A stretch of 64,000 nt of DNA, from NCBI GenBank assembly GCA_973895155.1, contig OZ316891.1:9673875-9737874 (forward strand), read 5' to 3'. A program made the position numbers and the translations under genes. A model generated the notes under the pieces. The model was not told where the DNA came from, ran no database searches, and saw only the letters and a program-made list of their open reading frames with translations. Numbering within the stretch: position 1 is the stretch's first letter; each line of letters opens with the position of its first letter. This document shows, piece after piece, positions 50,306 to 62,886 of the stretch. Source of the stretch: Marsupella aquatica (taxonomy: Eukaryota > Plantae > Marchantiophyta).

Positions 50306-50575
50306 AATTCACTAAAATTAAAAGGGGTCTAAAGCTTAATTCAAAATCAAATTAATACAAATGATTTACCTTGTTAAGGCACATTAAAATTCAAATATTG
50401 AACACAAAATATGAATAAGACAAAATCTAAAAGATGGATTAATTCACTAAAATTAAAAGGGGTCTAAAGCTTAATTCAAAATCAAATTAATACAAATGAT
50501 TCACCTTGTTAAGGCACATTAAAATTCAAATATTGAACACAAAATATGAATAAGACAAAATCTAAAAGATGGATT
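50306..50575. repeat. Tandem duplication, 2 x 135 bp, inside an AT-rich dispersed repeat
   Basis: aattcactaaaattaaaaggggtctaaagc...ctaaaagatggatt at 50306 and 50441. The host repeat family also occurs at ~40200-40360 + 46196-46500 and ~57070-57700. Confidence 0.9.
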
Positions 50576-52060
50576 CACCATATAGCAGTTTCAATCACTC
50601 AATCTACCACCCACAACCTTCTTCCCAGTTTGATCAGGTCCTTTTCACAACTAGCTTCAGTGGGACGGCTGGTGGTAGCTTCAATAATAGTGGCACTAAA
50701 GACAACAATGGTATTTACTTGATAAGGGTAGTAAAGACAACAATGGTAGCTTCAGTGTGTAGCAAAAGTCTACCTTCAATGGTACTTTTACAGGATAATG
50801 TAATGTGTCCCCCCATAAATTGTATAAGTCCTTCAACTTGTTCTTGAATAAAGATTTTTCCTTCAAGTATGCTAAGACTGTGTAATTGTTGGGTCCATAT
50901 ACAATGGACTGCTTTGTTTGGATGAGAATTATGGTTGTTCTCAAGTTTCCTTCACAGGCCAAATGGCAACCAGGTCAAAAAGTAGAGATTCCTAGAAGAT
51001 AACATTCATGGTGTGTATCTTTCAGACTTCAACAAGCTTGGCATTCAATTAGGGGCAAAAGGCCAAAAGTAGAGGTTTTTCTCATAGACAACATTCATGT
51101 TCAGTTCCTTAGACTGACACTTAGATTTTTTTTTGTCAAGTAGGGGCTTTAAGACAAAAGTAGAGGTTTGTCGGTTGATTTCACACTTACATAATTTTGG
51201 GTTTGGCTAGTGCAAGACAACATCCCTACTGTCTTTCTTCCTGACTATAAAAAACCGTCAGTTCAGACTAGACAGGACATGCAGAACATGAGAGCACACT
51301 TGATCACATGCTACACCAATAAGACATCATGAGAGAGTGAAAAAATTACTGAATGATCCATAGCTTATGAGAACACATGTGAATAATGAGGGAGAAAATG
51401 TTCTCCCTCCAACTTATATCCCCCATAGGGGCCTAAGATGTGTAAACCTAAACTCAGTGTATCTTATCCTAATCTAATGAAGGGTTAATTAACCCTAATA
51501 AGGCCAAACTAACTATAATTGAGAATTCAAATCAATTCATAACACAAACTTGGATAAGTTTTGAATCATTTGAAGCTTGAAGACAAATGAAATTGTAGTC
51601 ATTTCACTTATAGTGCAGTTTGGGCGGCAACAACAAGTATTTCATGGTCCGCCTTGACTGTGTAGTTTGTTGTTCCAATACAGTTTGTGGATGGGATGGT
51701 TCACCTAAATTTTCATAGTATCTATTATTGGTGATAGTATCAAGCAAAACACCTTCACTTGTAATAACAGTTTCTTTGCCTTAAAAAACTCAATGAATTT
51801 CATTAAAAAAACCAGCATACAATAGAGGTGACCCATAGAGGGGGTTGGCACCCGGGTAGACCAAGGTCGACGAGCCCTAAAAACCAGAGAGGCTGGAACC
51901 AGGAAAGAAGCCAAACCAAAAGGAAAGCTAAATTTATGCTAAACCATAAATTTAGCTCCTGCAACAGGAGAGACTGAGACTTGAAGGGCCGGCTAGTGAG
52001 CCGGGGACCAGCTAGGTACCTAATAGTGGATCAGTGATTAAAGAAACTGTCCTCGTCAAA

Positions 52061-52316
52061 ACTGTTAGAAAAACATCTGATGAATATCTGACCCAAAACT
52101 GTAGGGGGCTAATGTACTTTGGAAGGGGAAACTATCTCAGTCCTTGTAATAACTCTTAGGAGAACTTCTGATGAACATTTGACACAAAATTGTAGGCCGT
52201 CTAGTGTAGTTTGGAAGGGGAAACTATCTCTGTCCTTGTAATAACTGTTAGAAGAACATCTGATGAACATTTGACACAAAAAATGTAGGGGTTCTTTTTG
52301 TAGTTTGGAAGGGGGC
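52061..52316. repeat. Tandem array, ~2.8 x 91 bp
   Basis: actgttagaa..acatctgatgaa.at.tgac.caaaa.tgtagg...tttggaagggg starts at 52061, 52152 and 52244. Confidence 0.85.
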
Positions 52317-53214
52317 CATCCCGTCCACTTTTTCTAAGGGGGGGTCCATTAAGCACATACCCTATGTCTTGAATTGCAGTAGTAGTGTCCCAAATTGTTC
52401 GAGAAACTGCACTGTCACTCTAAGAAATGAATCTGTACCTGCAGGAGGATTGTACTGTCGTATGATGGAGCACTCATATATTATGGGCCATCAGTTACTC
52501 CACAGCACACACGCAAAGTGCTCTATTTGTCCCATACACAAGGCTGCACCCAGCCATATCCACTAAAGCGACAAAGGAGACGTGCATTTCCAAGGCAAAA
52601 AAAAAGAGACAACGGAGAACGCAGTACGAGAATCATGCAGGGGGTACAATAACGAATAATGTACCACTGTTTTTTCCCTCTTTTTCTCTCTCTCGCTCGT
52701 TGTGGGGACGCTGGGCCGCTGGGGGCTTTATTGGTTATGGCGCATCGTCCCATCCCAGTTTGAGCTTTGGGCGATGGAGTTTGTTGAAAGCGACACACAT
52801 GCGGGTGTCGTTAATTTCCCTCTCTTTCTTTCTCACCTTTCTCTCTCTCTCGCTGTGCTCGAGTGCTCTCGTTCGTTTTTCGTACCCTGAAGCAAGCAGG
52901 GCCTGCAGTCGAGTGGACGGCGGGAGACATGCATGCAATCGAGAGATGTGGCGGAATGAGAGAGGGGCCCTTTTTTGGGAGGCCTCTGTCGGTTCTCCAA
53001 TCTCTCATATAGAGTGACCTGTCCTTCATGTTGCCTCAAAGCAACTAACTCACGAAGCGCGCGAGCGCTCTCTGTGTTTATTTTTTCCCATCCGGGCAGG
53101 CAGAAGAGTTGATTATATTCCGTTTGCACATTGTCATTCGTCGCGCAGCATTTGTTGCGGGGCGCCCTCGACCCGAAGAAGTGGAGCACTCTACTACAGT
53201 AGTAGACTGTAAGT

Positions 53215-54534
53215 ATGGAGTGTTTGCGACGGGCTCTCCCTCCCTCGTTGAATTCTGGTTCTGCTGCTTCGAAAAAAAGCCCACTGGAGATCACTGTCTG
53301 CTGCGGAAGCCAGCCGCGTCGCTCTCGACTCGCAAACGCTAGTGCGCAAATCGCTCGGCAGCAAATTTTCGCTTCATGCATAGGATATCGCGGCAGCAAG
53401 CGGCAGCAATCTAGCTCGCGCCGTCAGGCCTGCAAGCGCGTGCAGGGAGGGAGCAGGAGCGGGGAATTTGGAGGTGTTAAGTTGCTGCTCGTGAGCCCCA
53501 GGGGAGCCGCGGGGCTTTGTCAAACTCGGCGGAATGTCACGGCAACCGCGAGACCTATTGACCTTGATGATGGCGGTGCTATGGCTGAATCGTCTGTTCC
53601 GGCGGAAACGGAGAATCTGGTCGAGGAGGGGATCAATTGGCTGGACGCATTCCACAGATTTTCTCGGCCTCACACCGTGATAGGCTCTGCAATGGGAATT
53701 ATTTCGGTTTCTCTGCTGGCATGCCAAAATCCGGCTGACATTTCTTCAACTTTTTTTCGCGGGCTTCTTCAGGCCATCGTACCATCGCTTCTCATGAATA
53801 TCTATATCGTGGGACTGAATCAACTGTACGATGTCGACATTGACAAGATTAATAAGCCGTATCTTCCGCTGGCTTCTGGTGAATTTTCTATGGCAACAGG
53901 TGTGGCCATTGTAGCAATCTCTGCCATTTCGAGCGTTGCCATCGGAGTGATGGTTGGTTCCAGGCCCTTGCTATGGACACTACTAGTCAGTTTTTTCTTA
54001 GGAACTGCCTACTCTATTGATGTTCCGTTACTGAGATGGAAGAGATCAGCCCTCGCTGCAGCTACCTGTATTCTTGTAGTCCGAGCAGTAGCGGTTCAGG
54101 TCGGTTTCTTCTATCACATGCAAAGCTTTGTGTTCGGGCGGACTCCGACCTTTTCAAGGCAGCTTGTCTTTGCGACCGCTTTCATGTGCTTTTTCTCTGT
54201 CGTCATAGCTCTGGCAAAGGATTTGCCGGATGTGGAAGGAGACAAAATCTATGGTATTCGTTCTTTCAGTGTGCGTATGGGGCAGACGAAGGTCTTCTGG
54301 ACGTGCGTGTGGTTGATTCAAGCAGCATATGCCGTGGCTATCGCAGTGGGAGCGACATCTCCGACTCTATTTTCGAAAGCTGCGATGATTCTCGGCCATG
54401 CAGCCCTTACAACTGTGTTGTGGGCAAAAGCAAAGGCTACGGATTTGAAGAGCAAAGCAGCTATTGTGTCCTTCTACATGTTTATATGGCAGCTGTTTTA
54501 TGCAGAGTATCTAATAATCCCATTCGTTAGGTAG
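53215..54534 (+). CDS. VTE2: Homogentisate phytyltransferase (UbiA family, tocopherol synthesis), intronless, with plastid transit-like N-terminus
   Basis: 439-aa ORF: AFHRFSRPHTVIG, MNIYIVGLNQLYDVDIDKINKPYLPLASGE, GTAYSIDVPLLRWKR, ALAKDLPDVEGD..YGIRSFSVR.G, SFYMFIWQLFYAEY. The N-terminus is R/S/A-rich. Confidence 0.92.
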   Translation: MECLRRALPPSLNSGSAASKKSPLEITVCCGSQPRRSRLANASAQIARQQIFASCIGYRGSKRQQSSSRRQACKRVQGGSRSGEFGGVKLLLVSPRGAAGLCQTRRNVTATARPIDLDDGGAMAESSVPAETENLVEEGINWLDAFHRFSRPHTVIGSAMGIISVSLLACQNPADISSTFFRGLLQAIVPSLLMNIYIVGLNQLYDVDIDKINKPYLPLASGEFSMATGVAIVAISAISSVAIGVMVGSRPLLWTLLVSFFLGTAYSIDVPLLRWKRSALAAATCILVVRAVAVQVGFFYHMQSFVFGRTPTFSRQLVFATAFMCFFSVVIALAKDLPDVEGDKIYGIRSFSVRMGQTKVFWTCVWLIQAAYAVAIAVGATSPTLFSKAAMILGHAALTTVLWAKAKATDLKSKAAIVSFYMFIWQLFYAEYLIIPFVR

Positions 54535-57500
54535 ATGTTCGAGTTCTGGCAGCGAGGAACATAAAACCAGCTGCTCTCCGCTAATAGTTAACGTACACTT
54601 CGTTATGCTCAGTGGAAGTCTCCATAGAGCTAGGTGTCAACATGTGGTCCGTCTGAATCCCCATCGGGTCCCACCATTCACTAGTCAAGTCCACAAGCCC
54701 CTTTTTGGAGATGCTTTCCCGTAGAGCAGCTTCTCTGATTTACAGTTTTTAAGTGTTTGAACACGAAATTCGTGTTAGAGCGGTCATCTGCCCAGTGAAA
54801 GTTTGTAAAGGATCACACTCACAGTTTGTAAGAGGGTTCGATTATGAAATTCTTCTTCGAAAAATTTAGAACCGTCTGCCCTGGCTGAAGTTTGGGTGTT
54901 GAGTATCATATGGAACTTATTCCGGAGAGCCACGCCTCGTGCTGGTGAGCGGTTGGGTTTGGATGGCCATCACGATGTGCAGGACTGCCGAAGTTCTCTG
55001 CGTGGAGCCTCCTGCAGGTGAGGGGATGTCGGAACGTCAGTATACCTCGTGTCCACAATTGGAAGGTTGTGACGTTTGCCTTGGTTTTCTTCGCTTGCTT
55101 TGACCAGTCCGAGGCCTACTGTAGAGCTGATGTGTCCTCTGTTATTATTACAGTTTCGGGCACGTTATAGAATTTGAGTATACCTCGTTTTGTATAGTCC
55201 GAGTATACCTCGTTTTGTAAAGTCTATTAGAGCGGGAACGCATTGTTGGCCGATTAATATGACAATTTGTGATTTATTGACATGAAATGGACTTGGGGAT
55301 TGAGATATGTCGTTCCTGGCTGCGGTCCTCCCCATCTCATGAAAGCGGAGTGGAAGGCCCATTGCAATATGTGACCTCGTAGTTTTCAGTTCATGTTGTC
55401 TTTCCTTGAGGCAGTGGAGTCATTGCAATCTGTATAAATGACCCGCTAATATAACAAGAGAGCCATCTAGGATCTGATGATAGGAAGTCTCGGAAAGTTC
55501 TCCTGGTAAAAAGCAGTCCAGATCTGCCAATAATTCTGTCTAATTTATCAAGTTACCCTGCCATGAACAATATACTGCCCCTTAAACAATATACAGGTCT
55601 TCGTGAAATAGTGCCCTTCCCAAGAAATAGTGGACGGTCTTGTGCTCGTCATGAGAATCACGAAGTACTTCCTTAGTGGAGTGCCTTCCCAACAAATAGT
55701 GGACGGTCTTGTTCTCGTCATGAGAATCTGACCCATTTTACCGGTACCATGTGATGATGTACACACCGAGTTTGCTGGAACTCGTGAGTCGCTGCACAAA
55801 CCGACACAGATCCCATGCACCGGAGCTGGTATGACGGTGTTGTTGGGTGAGCATCTTCACAGTGCTGATAGACTCTTTCTAGCAGAAATTTGATTCGTTT
55901 TTTTGTCGGTCCCTCTCTTGCCCCTCTTCTCTCTCTTCTTGTGCAATGTTGATCCTTTTCAGTAAATTTGGTAAGGAGTCTCGTCACGCCATAAAAGTAA
56001 CAAGAATCTACAAATGAGGTTGAAGTTTCCTCTTCATCCGAGAAATATGTCATTAGACTGGTGCTCCAAGGCAGAAGAAAGCTACACTTTTCAACTTCTC
56101 TTTGAGTTTCTGTGGTTCTCTGTGTACTCAAACCCCTCCTGTGGTTTTCTCTTTGGGTGTCTGGATAGTTGAGCCATAACCCCGTCCCCTGGTCCTTGGC
56201 TTATGAGATTTCAGTCCCCTGCTAGCCTGCCTGGAGGGTCATCCAATTTGGAGCAGCACAATTTTTCAGCTAAAAATAAGAGTAAACTTACTCTAGGAGC
56301 TTACCATCCATGGACCCTGTGGGTTACTGGCTCTGCCACCCTTGGGCTTACCACCCTTTGGGTTCCCCACAGCCCGCTCCTAGTCCCCGTTGGGTTCACA
56401 TTCCACTACCCTCACATAACTGTATCCGGGCTCATCTCCTTTGGGGACTTGATAAAACATTTTTTAATTAGATTACCCCTCAAACTGGGCGTTATTATAA
56501 TCCTGACCCCCAATTACTTTTATTACCATACTACCCCTTAAACAATATACAGGTCTACATAACGTGTATTCCTGCTCACGGTAGCATGTAGTTGCCCTCC
56601 ATCAACCCAGGTGGGTAGCCCGTGCCCTCACAATGCCTGTGAGCACTTGCAAGCTGCTTCCCAAGCAGGCATTGTGTGCCCCCAAAGTCAAGTGCTTCAC
56701 ACTCAAACTGACTTGCTGCTTTGAGCGGGACAAGCACCAATTCATACGTCGTGTCCATAAGTGAAAGATTGTTTAGGCGGGCTGTGGGGAACTGCATTTC
56801 TAGGACTCCTGATGGCAAGGGGTCCCCTAGCCAAAAGAGGAGTCCCCAAATTGGGTTCAACTAACCAGGTTTTGGCTAACCAGATTTTGGCTAGCTAGGG
56901 AATAACTTTGCTAGTGAATTGGTTTTTTTTTAACCCTTAACAGGAATTTTCCTGTTTGCTCAAATGCTACAATTACCCTACGTGTAGGTGATCTATTGCC
57001 GGATCTATTGTCTTTTGGCTATTGTACAGTATTTGTTAAGATTGAGTAAGATAAGATACAAGAGTAGAATTATGACACATGCAAATAAAAGATATTGTCA
57101 CATCACGGACCAAGAAAAGTACATGTCTATGGTACAAAGTTACCTAAGAGTTGTGCACATAAATTACACATATTCACTTGCCTTAGCTAATATATATATT
57201 TTGGTGCCAAAGGACAAAAATGCCAAACCACGAGAACAAGGTTCCAAAGGCAAAGCAAACCAATGAACCGGAGGGAGAAGGCCCAAAGAAGACCAAAGCG
57301 GTCCAACAAGCCAACTAGTTCCCCACATCAAGCAAGGAACTAGAAAGATGACATTGATCGAAATGAATCAAAACTATAAACTTAGGAAACAAAACCATGA
57401 GGAGAATTTGAAACATGAGGTTGTTTAGGATTATTTCTTTTCTCACTCATGAAAAGAGATGGTTCATCTCTTAACCCGTAGAAGTTCATTAAAATTTGCT

Positions 57501-58574
57501 AATGGTGTTGGATGCACAATATTGAAATATAATTTTGGGAAAGAAGAGCTCTAATTTAGCAAAGTTTATAAATATTAAGAGGGGTGCCAAACATAAATTC
57601 AAACTTAAAATAATACAAATGACACCATGTTAAGACACATGGAAATAAAAATTAACAAAAGAAAGTCTAGATAAGACAAATTATTGAAGGATGGATTTGC
57701 CATTATAACAGTACCAAAATATGGCATTCCTTGTAATGTTTCAAATCTTAGTAAAAGAGAAAGATATCTGGTCTTCGATTTAAGAAAGACTACTCGAACG
57801 GCCCTAAGAAAGGGGTACTGTAACGGAGAGGCGTGACTGACGTGACTGGCCAACGAGCGGTCTGGATGCACTCGACACGACGGCGCCTCCTCACGTCGTT
57901 AAATCTTGAAGTGATCGACGGTAATACAGGCAGATTAAAGGTTTAGAGAGATCTTGACCTTAGGTGTTTGACTGCAGCTTTATACCGCCGTCGGCCGAAC
58001 CGTATGTTGTGCCCTCTCGATGACCACCGAAAACGACCCCGGGTTGGCATTCCGGAGTATATATATGGTCAACAAAAGTCTTTTCAGATTGTTAAGCAAT
58101 GAGCACGACCTCGGGACCTCAATTTGCGACGGCGAACCGAGAGTATCATCATCGACGCCAATGCAATTGACCACGAGCAGCTTTTGAACGAATCGAATTG
58201 TTCTTCTGCGTCAAAACAATTTGCTTGAATCGAAGTTTGTTTGATTGGAAATGTAGTGGAGTCGCCCGATTTGAATTTGGGCCTGAATGTCTTAGTTGGT
58301 GAGCAAAAACGAGATGGGAGCAGAAGGATGACGAGTGGACGGGCGATTTTTGAAGTGAAGCATGCTGTAGGAGTATGGGCGAAAGCGCTAGCGTGATTCA
58401 AAGCGAAGAATGGGAGTGGTATGCAATTACGGAGGAAGAAAGATTGAATAGCATAGGTAGGGAAGACTATTTGAGGCAAGGGGTCTTCGAGGGCTGAGGT
58501 TTTTGGTTTCGAGACTGGAGGTTGGAAGTGTGCAGTCGTCGAGGGAGAGGGAGAGGGGGGTAGAGTTAGCGGAG

Positions 58575-61240
58575 ATGGAGCAGGTGGCATGGATTCTGGC
58601 TCTCATGCTGGCGTTCATCGTTGCCCCCTTGGTGCTGTGGAGTCGTCGAGAGAGACGATTACGGAGGGGCATTCCGTCTGATTCTCATACTCCAGATATG
58701 GTGTTGTACCCTAACCCTCATTAACCTCCGTTTGCAGTCAGTCTTCAGTCTCGCACCCGTTTGCCATTGACGAATTGAGGCTTTAGATTGTAATCTAAAA
58801 ACTTGGATTCCGTCGTCCCGGAACTTCAACTCGCACCTCGTTGTCCAGAGTAGATATTTTCCTGGCCTTTCCTCATTTTGAAAATATACTCAAGGCACTG
58901 TGTTTGATCTGCACAATTCAAATCGTTAAATGCGCTTCTGTTGTCGATTCTGTAGTTTTCTTCTTCAAGGACGTTTGTTTTCTTTGTAAATCATGGATAA
59001 TTGGACTCGGTTTCCACTTAACCTATCCCAGTTTCTTGAGTATAAGATTTTTCTTTTGCATCTGACTCTATACTAGAAATTTCTAATATTTCTTTGTGGG
59101 TAATTGCAGAATTCGGGACAAGATTTGGTGGTGCCGACTCCGGTTTCTAGCACACGATCGTCGTCAAGTGGGACGAGGGGGCGCATGCGTCGACGGCCCG
59201 TATCAGCTGCAGCGTCGTCATCCTCATCTTCCGCTTCTTCTCTCGTCGCTGTGTCAGGTGGGTACGGCTATCTTCTAATTATTTTGATTCGAGCCGTAGA
59301 AACGATGAACCTATCACAGGCTTCTATCTTCAGATTATTGTGTAACTCCTGGGTTCTGCCGGAGGTATTCAAAAGCAGGGGCATTAAGAAAATTCCCTGT
59401 CGTTTGGAAAAGTACTCCTTTTGGTAAATGTGCTAGAAATTCAGTGATTTCAGGGCACATGTTTCCTTGATTGAATTTTATTTGTTCTCGAAGTAGGGTT
59501 GAGTTGATAGATTTGTTAAGAACACAGTATTTGAGACGAATCTAATGTACTCGCCAAATGAAAACCAGAGCCCGACATTTATGATAATGGAGATCAAGCG
59601 TCTGATGACGTCGTTGAGGCGACTTACTATAACCCTAAGCAGTCGAAAAAGAAGAACGAGAGGAAGCATGAGAAGGAAACGCGTAGAGAGGTACCTATTA
59701 ATACTCAGTTTCACTTTCTATGTGCATCACAATATTTTGCCAGTTTCGTGTCCTCTTGGCAGTAATTGATACTTTGCACGGGGGTTTGGGAATTGAAAAC
59801 TTTGGATTAGATTCTACTTACAGCATACGGGAACTTCGACCTCCGGCGTTTTGTTATTTCCGCAGGCTGAAACCGCTGTTCGGGAGATGCGCAAGGAAAA
59901 GGACGAGAGGCAGGCACAGCTGCGCCGACAGAGAGATGAAGAGCGTGAAGCCGAGGAACTGAAGAAGGTGCGAATACCCTTGATCACTTCTCTACCAGGC
60001 TTTTGTCCATTTTCTGTTGTGCCTAAATTGAGTCTTTGAAGTCTTCATGAAATCTTAGCTTTGGATGTTCATTTCATTACAGGAGGAGGAAACTGAGCGG
60101 CAAAAGTTGAAAGAAGAAGAGGCAGCTGCAGCTGAGTTTGATAAGTGGAAGACTGATTTCTCTGTTGAGACTGAAGGAACGCAAGAACAAGATGTACAAG
60201 AAGAGGGCCAGGGGCTTTTAAATAACTTTGTCGAATACATAAAGGTTCTTCAGAAGCCACTCTCTTTCTACAATGCTGTAACATATTTTGCGTCTGATTT
60301 TCACCGCCTCTATTTTAGCTGTTTTTATAAGTTGCAAGGATTGCAGTACCTGATAAGGCCCTAAATGGTACGGGAACCGTCTCCCGCACTGGTAGACGCA
60401 GCTGATCAATGTTTATGTAAAACCTCACTCCCAAACGTCTCAGGTAGGAAAGTTTGTTTAATAGTATATGGACTGTTCTTCGATGTGCAGAAGCATAAAT
60501 GTGTGGCACTGGAGGACCTCGCAGCTGAATTCAACCTCCGCACCCAGGTTTGATGAATTTCTTACCTATACTGTCAATAGTTGCCATTTACAGTATACTT
60601 TTCTGAATTTAAGAAGATTGTGCGAAGATGACCTTAGAAACTGTTCTAAAGTTGCATATTTGTTTTAACTTCTGTAGGATTGCATAAACAGAGTGATGGC
60701 GCTGGAGCAAATGGGTAAGACCATCTCTCTTCTTTCACTCCTCATCATGGTTAATAGCCCATCATTTTGTCCTTGATATAGTTGGTTGCGTGGTTCCCTC
60801 AATTCGAAAAAAGCAGTGATTTTAATTTCTTAAACCCTCGTAGACCGTGGACCTGACGAATGCCTCGTAATTCAAATATGCCCCACTGCATATCAGAGCT
60901 TACTGAACTTGCTCCAACTCGAGATAGTAGAGATGTAAGGGGGGATGCGGGGATGTCTGACGACTATTGACGGATGCATGTTGTTGATTATTTTCCTTTT
61001 CCAGGTCGAATTTCGGGCGTGATGGATGAAAGAGGCAAGTTTATCTATATCTCCCCAGAGGAGATGAAGGCTGTCGCAGATTATATCAAGAGGTTGGGAA
61101 GAGTCAGTATATCTCATCTGGCAAGCAGGTCTAATGAGTTCATTGACTTGGAGGCAAAGATATTGGCCTCAGATTGTGCACAAGAAGCAGATATTCCGGC
61201 TGAACCTCATCTTTCTGGTCCTCAGGTATTAGTGGGATAG
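58575..61240 (+). CDS. DDRGK1: DDRGK domain-containing protein 1 (UFBP1, UFMylation adaptor), 8 exons
   Basis: Exons 58575-58700, 59110-59257, 59569-59690, 59866-59967, 60083-60244, 60491-60547, 60678-60714 and 61005-61240 splice in frame. N-terminal TM, E/K/R coiled coil, [20 protein letters not shown]|[18 protein letters not shown] and [16 protein letters not shown]. Confidence 0.93.
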
Positions 61241-62162
61241 GAGCAAGGTCACATCTTGCCACGTGTATTTTTTGGATCATTGGATGAAGGATTTTGGCTC
61301 TCCCATAATTACTTCTATCAGTTTTGACAAGTGTCACTCAGGGATTTGACGATAAGCAGGGATGAACGAGCTAACACATATGAGAAGACTTATTTGCAGA
61401 GTCGGGTCCACCAATTCGTGTGGCAGTTGGATTCCAAATATCCTTCCTGAGCTCAGGAATTTGGGCCTCACTTCTTGTTGATAGCTCAGTGTATCTCCTG
61501 CACAGAAGTTTCGTATGGTCTATTTGTTACACAGCTACTGAATGAACGATGGGGCCCAAGTAAGGGCCTGTGAAAAGCCTCAGGGTTAAACGGTTTCAGG
61601 GTCCTCTCCAGTTCTTTCAGTGTGCAAGACATCAACGCTTTCAAAAAACACTAATCTCAGCAAATCGGCCTCTTTGTTCCGTTTGAGAAAACTTGCCAAG
61701 AATGTAAGCAACGGATGAATCGCCTCCTGTAGGCAAAGCAGGGCCTCCAGCTTCAGGAGACTACTGGATAGTTATGATTATGTTTTGTCATGGATCACCC
61801 AATTTGAGTAAAGCATTGGACGGAATAAAGCCGGTCTCAGCTTCAAGAACTGATACATGTATAGTACATTGTACATTAGTTTTATGGCATCAGCATGGCC
61901 GCTGACATGTAGTGATCTAATTTGGCAGCTGCCGAAGTTTCAGAGAAGAGATTTTACCCCCAAAACAAAGGAGTAAAACCTTTATGTTAATCGCTTTTCT
62001 TTCATTTTACAAGTGAGTAGACTGTTGGTGCGAGCGATCAAAGATTCTAATTGAAAAGATTCATTTCCATGGATCCTTGCATGGGACTAAGTACTGTAGC
62101 AAGTCTTTTCAATCAGTATGGACTTGAGACCTGGACGGAAAGACAAAGTAGGGCGTGTGCAG

Positions 62163-62393
62163 TCAAAATTGATACTCTCGTTTTTCTCACAGCACAGCCC
62201 ATGATGGTTTTGGCTCAAAAACCCACACTATGCAAAGGCAAAAACAGTGGAAAAGATGACATGAACAACAGCACTAATTTCAAAATTGATACTCTCGTTT
62301 TCTCACAGCACAGCCCATGATGGTTTGGCTCAAAAACCCACACCATGCAAAGGAAAAACAGTGGGAAAGATGACATGAACACCAGCACTAATT
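62163..62393. repeat. Tandem duplication, 2 x ~117 bp
   Basis: tcaaaattgatactctcgttttt...gatgacatgaaca.cagcactaatt at 62163 and 62280. Confidence 0.9.
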
Positions 62394-62708
62394 GCAAAAC
62401 ATGTAGTTTTAATATATCTTAACGTTTGCGATGGAGGTGTTCGATACTGCAAGCAAGGAGAGTGTTGTTAGCAAGTCACTAGTGGTTTACATTTTTTTAA
62501 TTTCTTTTGCTTTTTGCTGCCAAATATATATTTTTGAGTTTGTTTATGACTCCAAATGGGTACAATGAGTGAAGGAGAGTTTTGTTAGCAAGACACTAGT
62601 GGTTTTTATTTATTTTGTGTTTTTTGCTGCCTTTAATATGTTTTTATTTTTTTTATGACTCCACATGGATAGTAAGCTCGCTAGCAAAAAGAAGAGTCCC
62701 ACAATGTG

Positions 62709-62886
62709 GAGGTATTTGTTTGATCAACCCCCAAATGAAAGTTGTTATTTGATAGACCCTTTGAAGTCTATTAACGGTCCAGATCTGAGATCGAAAGGTC
62801 CATCAATGGTCCAGATTGGAGGAACGTATCAAGGGGGTTGATTAAGCAAACTTTTTCGAGAAGGGGGTCTACTAAGCATATCTCTC
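62709..62886. mobile_element. Mutator-like MITE (178 bp) with 9-bp TSD
   Basis: cacaatgtg at 62700-62708 and 62887-62895; imperfect TIRs gaggtatttgtttgatcaaccccc / gggggtctactaagcatatctctc. An uninterrupted paralogous site lies at ~63100-63130. Confidence 0.8.

Noticed and set aside
1-54534. Vitamin gene cluster (PLR1 for B6, HPT for E)
   Set aside because: The genes are 52 kb apart, act in unrelated pathways and are separated by unrelated genes and TEs.
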